Shown here one piece after another: positions 49,646 to 58,353 of a stretch of DNA of 64,000 bases (its first letter is position 1; each line of letters starts with the position of its first letter). The notes beneath the pieces were generated by a model, which was not told the origin of the DNA, ran no database searches, and saw only the letters and a program-made list of their open reading frames with translations. The stretch comes from Candidatus Latescibacterota bacterium (GTDB lineage: Bacteria; Krumholzibacteriota; Krumholzibacteriia; WVZY01; JAKEHA01): positions 960,001-1,024,000 of the forward strand of contig OY970173.1 in assembly GCA_963707635.1 (NCBI GenBank). Direction: 5' to 3'. The translations under genes were made by a program, and so were the position numbers.

Positions 49646-51052
49646 ATGCGTTTCCTCGTGGCAAGTTTGGCCGCGTGGTCGGTGCTCGTGTCGCCCGGCG
49701 CCGCCCAGGCGCCGCAGACCGCGCCCTTCGACGCGACCGTGCGCCTGGTGTACGAAAGCGACACGCGTGCGTACTACCGGCCCTGCGGCTGACACAACAA
49801 TGCCGCTGGCGGACTCGCCCGGCGGGCGGGTCTCTTGAAGACGTTGCGGGCGGAGTCGGCGCCGGTACTGGTGTGCACGGCGGGGGATTTCTACGGGACC
49901 GCCGACGTGTACAACGAGTCGAAGTCGCATTTCGTGGCGCGGATGCTGGGCGAACTCGGATACGACGCGATCGGCGTCGGCGAGATGGATCTGAATTTCG
50001 GGCTGGCCTCGCTGGTCGAAGACGCCCGCCTCTACCGCCTGCCGATCGTGTGCGCGAACCTCCAGGCCAAGAACGATTCCTTGCGCGTGCGCACGGGCGG
50101 GCCCGAGTCCACCGCCGCTGACCGATTGGGCAGCGCGTTCCCGCCGTACCGGATCGTGACCAAGGCGGGCGCGCGCTTCGGGTTCCTGGGGCTGCTGTCG
50201 CCGGCGACCAAGACGCACGCGCGGGAAGCGACGGTGGAGTCGCTGACGTACGTGCTGGGCGACCCGCTCGAGATCGCGAAGACGGCGGTGGCCGAGCTGC
50301 GGCCGCAGTGCGACGTGCTCGTCGTGCTGGGCCACATGGACGAGGAGGAGGCGCGCAAGCTGGCTGAAAAGGTCCCCGGGATCGACCTGGTAGTGCTGGG
50401 ACACGACCCGCAGGGGAAGTCGCTCGGAGAGTTGGTAACGGTAGGCGACACCCACCTGCTGCGCGCGACCGCGCAGGGGCAGTACATCGGCCAGCTGGAC
50501 ATGCGGCTGGGCGACGATCACCACATCGCCGAGGTGTGGAACCGGCTGCACGTGCTGCAGGCCTCGTACCCGGACGACCCCGACATGGCGAAGAAGCTGG
50601 ACCAGTTCGACGTGGACAACCGGATGATTCAGAAGGAGCTCTTCGCCAAGGAACAGATGAAGGCCAGCGCCGACGACCCCTTCGCCGCGCGCTATCTCGG
50701 GGTGGGTGCCTGCCAGTCGTGCCACCTCGAGCAGTTCAACGTGTACACCGGTACCCGCCACGCGCATGCCTACGCCACGCTGGCGTCAGAGTTCGTCCAG
50801 CGCGACACCAACTGCGTGGGCTGCCACGTGACCGGCTACGGCGACGCGGGGGGATTCCAGGGCGTGCGGATGCGTGGCTCGATGGTCGACCTGGTCGACG
50901 TTCAGTGCGAGGCGTGCCACGGCCCCGGGGCCGACCACGCGCGCGACGGCTCGTACCGCCAGAAGGCGCGGGAAAGCTGCGTGCGCTGCCACACCCCCAA
51001 CGACGACCCCGATTTCAATTTTGACGAAGACTGGCCCAAGATCGCCCACTAG
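49646..51052 (+). CDS. Exported UshA-like (metallophosphoesterase-fold) selenoprotein fused to a tetraheme c-type cytochrome; in-frame TGA 49790-49792 read as Sec49
   Basis: The two listed ORFs (ending 49792 and starting 49835) share a frame and are separated only by TGA: signal peptide..YESDTRAYYRPCG-TGA-HNNAAGGLARRA..TAGDF; four CxxCH motifs. Confidence 0.85.
49802..49823 (+). promoter_or_regulatory. Candidate bacterial SECIS hairpin
   Basis: GCCG-CT-GGCG-[GACT]-CGCC-CGGC; the apical loop starts with G after a 19-nt spacer from the TGA. Confidence 0.7.
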
Positions 51053-51821
51053 CCTCGCGCTCGCGGCGGCTGTCTTGTCGGTGCTTCCGGTCGGGTCGGC
51101 CCGCGCCGCCGACGCGGAGTCGCTGCTGCTGCCGGGTATCGACATTCGCTCGATCGACTTCGCGGTCGGAACCTGGTGCCGCTACCGGGTCGTCGACGAA
51201 GCCATGGGCCAGGCGGACACGAGCGAGGTGATGCTGGCGATCGTCGGGCGGGAGTCCACACCCGACGGTCCCGCGTACTGGCTCGAGATCGAGACGAGTC
51301 CATTGCGCGGCTCCGACGACGACCGTGACTTCTCGCGCGTGCTGGTGGACGATCGGGTGCGCGCGATGGCGCCGGGCGACTCGGTCTATCATTTCGTGCG
51401 GCGGTTCTACGTCAAGAAGGGCAACGGGCCGGTCGAGGCGGGTGATCCCCGGGACCTCAAGCGGCTAACGGTCGTGTCTCCCGCCTCCAGGGGGGATTGG
51501 AAAACCACTCCCGGCCGCCGGATCGACACGACCGCGGGAGCCATCGATTGCGAACTCCGCCAGTTCGAGACCGACGAATCGCGCGACGTCCCCGCAGGGC
51601 GGATCGTGATCCGGCAGCGCCGGGTCGATCGAGTCCAGGTGTGGGTCTCACTCGTGATCCCCGTGTTTCATCTCGCCCGCTGCGAGATCGAGCGCCTGCG
51701 CGAGTCGAAGGCCATCCCGCCGGTGCGGGGCGTGCCGGATTCCGGGCCGAGAACCTCACGAACCACCAGCGAGATCGTGTCCTACGGCACCGGCGCGAAA
51801 GCGCGCATTGCCGCGCCGTGA
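51021..51821 (+). CDS. Exported hypothetical protein overlapping the selenoprotein gene end (start uncertain, TTG 51021)
   Basis: Signal-like SLALAAAVLSVLPVGSARA-A; beta-rich body (VGTWCRYRV, YWLEIE). Confidence 0.7.
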   Translation: MTKTGPRSPTSLALAAAVLSVLPVGSARAADAESLLLPGIDIRSIDFAVGTWCRYRVVDEAMGQADTSEVMLAIVGRESTPDGPAYWLEIETSPLRGSDDDRDFSRVLVDDRVRAMAPGDSVYHFVRRFYVKKGNGPVEAGDPRDLKRLTVVSPASRGDWKTTPGRRIDTTAGAIDCELRQFETDESRDVPAGRIVIRQRRVDRVQVWVSLVIPVFHLARCEIERLRESKAIPPVRGVPDSGPRTSRTTSEIVSYGTGAKARIAAP

Positions 51822-51830
51822 TGCGATGAT

Positions 51831-51860
51831 TTGATTTTGGCCGCGGGGCTGTGCTATAAG
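51831..51860 (+). promoter_or_regulatory. Putative promoter of the CBS/CGL pair
   Basis: TTGATT-18 nt-TATAAG with an extended -10 TG. Confidence 0.5.
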
Positions 51861-51959
51861 ATCGCACAGATTCGGGCCCGCAACCGATTTCACCTGACTT
51901 CCACGGTTACCAACTGATTCAAGGAGGAGGGCGCCCGCCTGCCGCGCCCGGGACTACCC

Positions 51960-52958
51960 ATGAGCGATCGACTGCGACGCGTCAAGTACGCGGAGAGTGT
52001 TCTCGGAACCATCGGCAACACGCCCCTGGTCAGGCTCAACCGCGTCGCCGCCGACGTGAAGTGCACGGTGCTCGCGAAGCTCGAGTACTTCAATCCCGGC
52101 GGCAGCGTCAAGGATCGCATCGGAATCGTCATGATCGAAGACGAGATCCGCAAGGGGACCCTCAAGCCGGGCGGCACCATCGTCGAATGCACGTCGGGCA
52201 ACACCGGTCTCGGACTCGCGCTCGCGGCCTCGATCCTGGGGTACAAGTGCGTGTTCACCATGCCCGACAAGGTCCCGGTCGAAAAAGAGTACATGCTCAA
52301 GGCGTACGGGGCGGAGGTGATCCGCTGCCCGACCAACGTCGCGCCGGACTCGCCCGAGAGTTACTACTCGGTGGCGAAACGTCTCGCGCGCGAGCGCCCC
52401 AACGCGGTACTCGGCAACCAGTATCAGAATCCGATGAACCCGGAGGCGCACTACCGGTCGACGGGTCCCGAGATCTGGCGCGACACCGGCGGCGAGGTCG
52501 ACTACCTGGTGGCGGGCATGGGGACCGGCGGGACGATCAGCGGGACCGGCCGCTACCTGAAGGAAATGAAGCCGGCGGTGAAAGTAATCGGCGCCGACCC
52601 CGAGGGCAGTATCCTCACCCATTATTTCTATCACAAGGAATTGATCGAGGCTCGCCAGTACCTGGTCGATGGAATCGGCGAAGACTTCATCCCGGGGACC
52701 TGTCAGTTCCAGTACGTCGACGAGATGATGCTGGTGGGCGATCGCGAGTCGATCCTCATGACGAGGCGGCTCGCGCGCGAGGAAGGAATGCTGGTGGGCA
52801 GCTCCTCCGGCACGGCCGTCGTGGCCGCGCTGCGGGTGGCGCGCGACCTCGACGCCGACAAGATCGTGGTGGTCCTGATACCGGACACCGGGGAGCGTTA
52901 CTTGAGCAAGGTTCATTCGGAAGCGTGGCTCGCCCAGCATGGTCTGGGCGGCGCGTAG
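51960..52958 (+). CDS. Cystathionine beta-synthase / cysteine synthase family (PLP)
   Basis: IGNTPLV, NPGGSVKDRIG, TSGNTGLG, GMGTGGT, GIGEDFIP, PDTGERYLSK. Confidence 0.93.
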   Translation: MSDRLRRVKYAESVLGTIGNTPLVRLNRVAADVKCTVLAKLEYFNPGGSVKDRIGIVMIEDEIRKGTLKPGGTIVECTSGNTGLGLALAASILGYKCVFTMPDKVPVEKEYMLKAYGAEVIRCPTNVAPDSPESYYSVAKRLARERPNAVLGNQYQNPMNPEAHYRSTGPEIWRDTGGEVDYLVAGMGTGGTISGTGRYLKEMKPAVKVIGADPEGSILTHYFYHKELIEARQYLVDGIGEDFIPGTCQFQYVDEMMLVGDRESILMTRRLAREEGMLVGSSSGTAVVAALRVARDLDADKIVVVLIPDTGERYLSKVHSEAWLAQHGLGGA

Positions 52959-52972
52959 ACAGGCGGAGGCAT

Positions 52973-54106
52973 ATGGGATTCTCGACCGATTGCGTGCACG
53001 CGGGGCAGTCCCCGGACGAAAAAACCGGCGCCGTCATCACGCCGATCTTCCAGACCTCGACCTACCGGCAGGATGGAATCGGCAAGCACCGAGGCTACGA
53101 ATACGCCCGCACCGCCAACCCGACGCGCGAGGCCCTGGAACGCAACGTCGCCGCGCTGGAGAAGGGGAAGCACGGAATCGCCTATTCCTCGGGCATGGCC
53201 GCGATCGACACCGTGCTCCGGCTGTTCGGACCGGGGGACGAGATTGTCGTGACCCATAACGTGTACGGCGGCACGTACCGCCTCTTCGAGATGGTGTTGA
53301 AGGGGTACGGCCTCTCCTTCAAGTTCATCGACACCGCCGACCTCGCGGCCGTGGAGCGCGCGCTTTCGGACAAGACCCGCCTGGTCTTCATCGAGTCGCC
53401 CACCAACCCGGTGCTCCGCGTCACCGACATCCGCGCGGTGTCGGAGATGGCGCACGCGCGCGGGGCGCGGGTGTGCGTGGACAACACCTTCATGAGTCCC
53501 TACCTGCAGAATCCGCTGGCCCTGGGCGCCGACCTGGTCACGCACAGCACGACCAAGTTCCTGAACGGACACAGCGACATGGTGGGCGGCATCGTCGTGT
53601 TGAACGACGACGTTACCGCGCAGAAGCTCCGTTTCCTCCAGAACGCGGTGGGCGCGGTTCCCGGGCCGATGGATTGCTGGCTGGCGCTGCGCGGGACCAA
53701 GACGCTCGCCGTGCGCATGAAGCAGCACGAAGCGAACGCCCGGGTCCTCGCCGCGTTCCTGGCGGGACACCCAAACCTGGAGAAGGTCAACTACCCGGGG
53801 CTGCCCGACCACCCGCACCACGAGCTCGCCAGGCGACAGGCGCGCGGCTTCGGCGCGATCATTTCCTTCGACCTCGAGTCGCGCGAGCGCGCCGACAAAG
53901 TGCTGCGCGCGGTCAAGCTCTTCACCCTCGCCGAGAGTCTCGGCGGGGTGGAGAGTCTGATCAGCCATCCTGCCACCATGACGCACGGCAGCGTTCCCGA
54001 CGCCGACAAGGCGAAGCTGGGCGTGACTCCCGGGCTGGTGCGGATCTCGGTCGGCATCGAAGACGTCGAAGATCTCCAGGCCGATCTCGAGCAAGCGCTT
54101 CGTTAA
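52973..54106 (+). CDS. Cystathionine gamma-lyase/synthase (Cys/Met metabolism PLP enzyme)
   Basis: PIFQTSTY, YARTANPT, ESPTNP, VDNTF, HSTTKFLNGHSD, AESLGGVESL. Confidence 0.95.
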   Translation: MGFSTDCVHAGQSPDEKTGAVITPIFQTSTYRQDGIGKHRGYEYARTANPTREALERNVAALEKGKHGIAYSSGMAAIDTVLRLFGPGDEIVVTHNVYGGTYRLFEMVLKGYGLSFKFIDTADLAAVERALSDKTRLVFIESPTNPVLRVTDIRAVSEMAHARGARVCVDNTFMSPYLQNPLALGADLVTHSTTKFLNGHSDMVGGIVVLNDDVTAQKLRFLQNAVGAVPGPMDCWLALRGTKTLAVRMKQHEANARVLAAFLAGHPNLEKVNYPGLPDHPHHELARRQARGFGAIISFDLESRERADKVLRAVKLFTLAESLGGVESLISHPATMTHGSVPDADKAKLGVTPGLVRISVGIEDVEDLQADLEQALR

Positions 54107-54147
54107 CCATCTGCCGCGATCGGGCCGCTCATCGAGAAAGAGCGGTC

Positions 54148-54231
54148 GGTGTGCACTCCCTCTGCCGCCGTCCTCCCGCGCACAATGTTGATATGCGCGA
54201 CTGCGGATTGGCGTCCGAGGGAGTGCACACC
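54148..54231 (-). repeat. Structured intergenic repeat family A, copy 4
   Basis: On the minus strand, a 15-bp stem GGTGTGCACTCCCTC encloses CAATCCGCAGTCGCGCA-TATCAACATTG-TGCGCGGGAGGACG. Confidence 0.85.
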
Positions 54232-54245
54232 TTCCCCAAAAAGAA

Positions 54246-54338
54246 CGGGCGATATATCGGGCGAAGCGCGATTTCGCGAGTCGCGCATTCCAGCTTGTGC
54301 GCGCGAGCGCATGAGCGCGGAGTCCGATATATCGCCCG
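54246..54338 (+). repeat. Structured intergenic repeat family A, copy 5 (divergent)
   Basis: 17-bp stem CGGGCGATATATCGGGC/GTCCGATATATCGCCCG enclosing GAGTCGCGCA-TTCCAGCTTG-TGCGCGCGAG. Confidence 0.7.
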
Positions 54339-54589
54339 GGAATACTCGGGGTCGCCATCTTGCGCGTCCGGCGGATCGTGACTATATTCAGAACGTCGAT
54401 GTTGCCACACGACAACGTGCTACGAGCTGATCCTCTGCAGTTTTTGCTTGACGCATCTGGCGGTATCTTCTAGGGTTCCGCAAGATATTGTGGTTCCGGT
54501 GCGTCAGGACACAGCATCCTGTGTATCCCGGCCATTTAAAACGGTTTAGGCTGTTGCCCTTTTTTCACCTCAACACGGAGGAGTTGGGT

Positions 54590-54769
54590 ATGGAAAAGCG
54601 GGAAAAAGGCGGGGTGCTCATGAAGGACAAGGAGTACGTCAAGTTCGTTCAGCTCCTTCGAAAGGCGGAGAAGGAAGGACGGTTGGACGGATATCCCTGT
54701 CCGCTTTGCGGCTCGCGGTACGCGACTAGCGATGATGCGGAAGGGTGCTGCCGGGTTGTGATCTCGTGA
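54590..54769 (+). CDS. Small Cys-rich (putative Zn-binding) protein, 59 aa
   Basis: GGAGGAG RBS before ATG 54590; YPCPLCG..AEGCC. Confidence 0.7.
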   Translation: MEKREKGGVLMKDKEYVKFVQLLRKAEKEGRLDGYPCPLCGSRYATSDDAEGCCRVVIS

Positions 54770-54791
54770 CCCCCGCAGCCGGACGGTGAAT

Positions 54792-55193
54792 ATGTCTATC
54801 GTGAGTTCCAGTACCATTCGACAGCACTGCTCGGTCTGCAAGGCCGACTTCGACATGGACATCATCAAGCAGGGCAGCACCGAGGAAGTGCTGTGGCTGA
54901 AATGTCCCGGCTGTCAGGGCTTCCTTCCCTACATGCCGAAGGAAGACATGACCGGAGCCGACGATCGCCTTCCGGACGAGCAGTTGGTGGCGATTGAAGA
55001 CCTGGATGTCGATCACGCCAAGGAGTACTCGGACGACCAGGAGTTTCAGATCGGTGAAGTGATTCACCACCGCTCCTGGAACGATTTCGGCAAGATCGTC
55101 GGCAAGGATCGGCTGCCCGGTAATCGCCGGACGATCTGGGTGCAGTTCATTCGGCAGGGGCGCGTGCAGCTCCTCGAAGGCGTCGTTCACTAA
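54792..55193 (+). CDS. Zinc-ribbon protein with a small C-terminal beta-barrel domain
   Basis: CSVC..CPGC, then YSDDQEFQIGEVIHH..FGKIV..VQF. Confidence 0.7.
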   Translation: MSIVSSSTIRQHCSVCKADFDMDIIKQGSTEEVLWLKCPGCQGFLPYMPKEDMTGADDRLPDEQLVAIEDLDVDHAKEYSDDQEFQIGEVIHHRSWNDFGKIVGKDRLPGNRRTIWVQFIRQGRVQLLEGVVH

Positions 55194-55214
55194 CGACGTC
55201 GGCGCGGGGCGATC

Positions 55215-55991
55215 ATGCACCGCATCGGAGTCGCGGCCTGCGTGGCGGCCGCGCTCGCGATCGTAGCCTGCGCCTTCCACGAGGCCGGTGCCGCGGGCAT
55301 CTATGAAGATGCTCCTGCGGAATCGGCCTTTCTTTTATCCCCCAGACAGATAGTCGTGCGCGGCACGTTGGAGTTCACCTCCGGTGGGGCGGAGGGCTCC
55401 GTCTATCGTCTCCTGGCGGCCTTCCCCGTCCGCAGCGCCTTCTACGTGTCCGTCGACCAGCCGTTCGTCGCGCTCACCGATTCGTCCCACATCGAGACCG
55501 GACTCGGCGACCTTCGGCTCCGCGCCCGGGCGCGGCTGTGGGGGGGCGGGGGGCGTGCGGTCTACCTGCTCGGATTTCTCAGCGCGGGCACCGGCAACAG
55601 CCGGTTCTTTCCGTATTCGTCGCAGACGATCGACGTGAACGCGTCGGCTGGCTACGCCGATTCCCTGGGCACTCTGACCGTGTGGGCGATCGCTGGATTC
55701 ACCTGGGTCAGCAACTATCCCGACAATCAGGTGATCGTCGCCGCATGCACGGACTATCTGCGCGTGAGCGCGGGGGCGTCGCTCGCGCTCGGGTCGAAAA
55801 CCGCGGTCGGGGCGGGCGCCTTGGTTCTTTCGTACGAGGGCGATACGCGCCGCGATCTCCTCTTCGCCACCGGGACCTATCAGTGGACGGGCGCGCTGGG
55901 CCTGTTTGCCGACGTGCAGGTCGAAACCGGGCCGGTCGGCGACCGCGTGAACGACTGGGGTGCGATCGGGGGCGTGAGCGTCGGTTTTTGA
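55215..55991 (+). CDS. Putative outer-membrane beta-barrel protein
   Basis: Signal peptide; TGLGDLRL motif; amphipathic strands; terminal Phe. Confidence 0.65.
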   Translation: MHRIGVAACVAAALAIVACAFHEAGAAGIYEDAPAESAFLLSPRQIVVRGTLEFTSGGAEGSVYRLLAAFPVRSAFYVSVDQPFVALTDSSHIETGLGDLRLRARARLWGGGGRAVYLLGFLSAGTGNSRFFPYSSQTIDVNASAGYADSLGTLTVWAIAGFTWVSNYPDNQVIVAACTDYLRVSAGASLALGSKTAVGAGALVLSYEGDTRRDLLFATGTYQWTGALGLFADVQVETGPVGDRVNDWGAIGGVSVGF

Positions 55992-56248
55992 CCCCTCGCA
56001 CACTTCGAGAACCGCTTCGCAGTTTGCCCGTGCTGCCTGCCCGCGCCGGGCCCCAACCCCCAAGCACAGAGTTCCGAGTCGCGCCTCGTCGCGTCAGCCC
56101 GATTCCCATGGATTCCGCATGCGGACGCCCCAAAAGTCCCCCTGTCCGTGGCACATGGCTTGCCCTTTCGGACCCCGGCAGACCCTCTGGTCGACGCAAC
56201 GACAACGGACCAGACATCGCTCCCCGATGGGAGAGCTGGAGGGAACTC

Positions 56249-56848
56249 GTGATCCGCATAGTCCTCGTGGAGGACGACGATCTCATGCGCGAATGGCTCG
56301 GACGTTCGCTCGCCAGCCGTGGCTACACGGTGGCGCGCTTCGCTCGCGCCGACCACGCCATTCCCGCCGTCGCCGCGGATCCGCCCGACGTCGTCGTCTC
56401 CGACGTGCGCATGCCGGGCATGTCCGGGTTCGAAATGGGTCACGCGCTGCGGGCCCGCGGCCTCTGCGTGCCCTTCGTGTTCATGACGGCCGATCCGACG
56501 GAGTCGCTGGACGAGGAAGCGTCCATGCTCGGGGCCCGGCGCGTGCTGCGGAAACCCTTCGGCGACGTGGCCGAGCTCTGGGAAGCGGTTGACGCCGCCG
56601 TCGACGCGGCCGTTGCAGATGGCGCCGCGAACGGCGCGGACCTGACCGAAACGTCGCACGCGCTGCGGACCCCTCTCACCGCGGTCCGCATGGCGGTCGA
56701 AGGGCTCATCGCCGAGCGCACGCTCGACGCGCGCGAACGCCACCTGGCCGAGATCGCGGTGCGCAACCTCGACCGGCTCGCCAACGCGGTCGAAGATCAC
56801 CTCGACCACCTCGCCTTCGCGGGCGATCTGGACGCGCCGCTCGACTAG
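56249..56848 (+). CDS. Response regulator receiver fused to a HisKA (DHp) domain, with no ATPase domain
   Basis: GGAGG RBS and GTG start; VLVEDD, SDVRMPGMSG, MTA, KPF; SHALRTPLTAV, then a stop about 65 aa later. Confidence 0.85.
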   Translation: MIRIVLVEDDDLMREWLGRSLASRGYTVARFARADHAIPAVAADPPDVVVSDVRMPGMSGFEMGHALRARGLCVPFVFMTADPTESLDEEASMLGARRVLRKPFGDVAELWEAVDAAVDAAVADGAANGADLTETSHALRTPLTAVRMAVEGLIAERTLDARERHLAEIAVRNLDRLANAVEDHLDHLAFAGDLDAPLD

Positions 56849-56862
56849 CGGCAATCCCTTTT

Positions 56863-58236
56863 TCAGTCTGTGTGGGTTTCGAGAAGTTCCGACATGCGGG
56901 ACTTGCGCCGCCGTTGCACGGCCTCGGCGTCGGCGGCGGTGGTGGGGCCGCCGGCGAGCAGCAGCGTCAGCGGCTGCTCGATGGTGCGTTCGACCGACCC
57001 GCGCATCGGCCGCAGCTCGAACGAGCCTTCCTCGATGTGCTCGACCAGCCAGGCGAACGCCTCCACCCCGGTGTAGCCGAACCCATCGCAGTGAACGGGT
57101 TCCCCGTCTTCGAGGAATACCTTCGCCCGCCCCTCGGGGGTGTGGAATACCAGCACGCCCGTGAGACCGGACGAGCTCGCCAGGCGCAGCGCGTCGGCGA
57201 CCACGATCCGCCCCAGGTCACCGGCGTAGAGCGAGGGCGGCCGCACGCGGCGCGCGAACGCCCGCGCGAGCGGAGACGCGAATACGATCACGACGCCGAT
57301 CAGCACCAGGATGGCGGTGAGGTGACGGTCGAAGAACGCGGCGACCCCGGGCGCGACGTCACGGATGGCGCCGGTGAACTGCTCCGGCCAGGCTGGTCCC
57401 TCGCTCTTCGGCGCGGCCGCGCCGGCGCCGGGGGCGGAAAGCGCGCGAAACTGTTCGCGCGCCCACTCGTTCGACGGATCCTGCGCGAGGATGGCCTGCA
57501 GCACGTCGGACGCCTCGCCGCGGACCCAGTTGCCGGATTCGATCAGGCGGCGCGCGGACGACTCCATGGACGCGATGCGGTCGTGCTCGATCTTGGTGGA
57601 GAACTCGGCGCGCAGGGCGTAGAGGTCCTCGCGCGGCGCTTTCGACAGCGCGAGGTCGATGGTGGACAGCGCGGCATCCATCTGCCCGATGCGCGCCAGG
57701 CAGCGGGCCTTGTCGGCCAGGACGTCGACGTTGTCGGGGGTGATGGACAGGAGCACGGCGAGGCGCGGCAGCGCCTCCTCGAAGCGCCCGGCGGCCAGCA
57801 GGGTGCGGATCTCGCGCTCGAGTTCGCCGCGCAGCTCCTGCTCCACGATGCGCAGGTTCGCGACGATGTCGAGGCGCGCCGGGACCAGCGTGGAGGCGCG
57901 CGTCAGGAGGCCCCGGGCATACTCCAAACGACCCGTGCGTTTGTAGAGGTGCGCGAGCTCGCACATCGCGTCGATGTCGTCTGGGTCACGGAGCAGCGCT
58001 TCCTGGAAATAGACTTCCGCGAGCGGAAAATGGGAGAAGCCCACTGCTGAACGCCCCATGTCCAGGAGTTCCTCGCGCGTCGTCGTCGAGTCGAACAACG
58101 CCTCGTTGTTCCACTCCGGGACGAAGTGGGCACGCGGCTGCTGCGCCCCGGCCGGGGACGCAACGGCGCACAGGCCGGCCGCGAGACTGGCGATCATGAG
58201 GGAAACACGCGTCATCACGACGCGAAATCGCAACAT
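56863..58236 (-). CDS. TPR-repeat membrane protein with a C-terminal DUF4388/PatA_N-like domain (start uncertain)
   Basis: Signal peptide, TPR repeats, one TM helix, then AGDLG..TGVLVF..VFLEDGEPVH..EGSFEL. Confidence 0.75.
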   Translation of the reverse strand: MLRFRVVMTRVSLMIASLAAGLCAVASPAGAQQPRAHFVPEWNNEALFDSTTTREELLDMGRSAVGFSHFPLAEVYFQEALLRDPDDIDAMCELAHLYKRTGRLEYARGLLTRASTLVPARLDIVANLRIVEQELRGELEREIRTLLAAGRFEEALPRLAVLLSITPDNVDVLADKARCLARIGQMDAALSTIDLALSKAPREDLYALRAEFSTKIEHDRIASMESSARRLIESGNWVRGEASDVLQAILAQDPSNEWAREQFRALSAPGAGAAAPKSEGPAWPEQFTGAIRDVAPGVAAFFDRHLTAILVLIGVVIVFASPLARAFARRVRPPSLYAGDLGRIVVADALRLASSSGLTGVLVFHTPEGRAKVFLEDGEPVHCDGFGYTGVEAFAWLVEHIEEGSFELRPMRGSVERTIEQPLTLLLAGGPTTAADAEAVQRRRKSRMSELLETHTD

Positions 58237-58353
58237 TCATACCATGGGCACGAAGGGAAGCCATGGGAACCGGGGTGGGGCGGCCGGGAACAACCGGGCG
58301 GGATGGGGCCGTTTGGGCCGCGACGGGGCAGCGCGAGGAACGACGGGCAGCGA

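Noticed and set aside
49790..49792. TGA as a simple nonsense mutation (pseudogene) or a sign of a reassigned genetic code
   Set aside because: TGA serves as a normal stop in many genes here. Its position in a CG-x motif with a downstream hairpin, in an otherwise intact frame, favours Sec, although this is unproven without the sel genes.
54148..54231. TCCTC(G/C)C in family A as an HDV-like ribozyme L3 loop
   Set aside because: The required P1/P2/P3 nested pseudoknot pairings could not be built.
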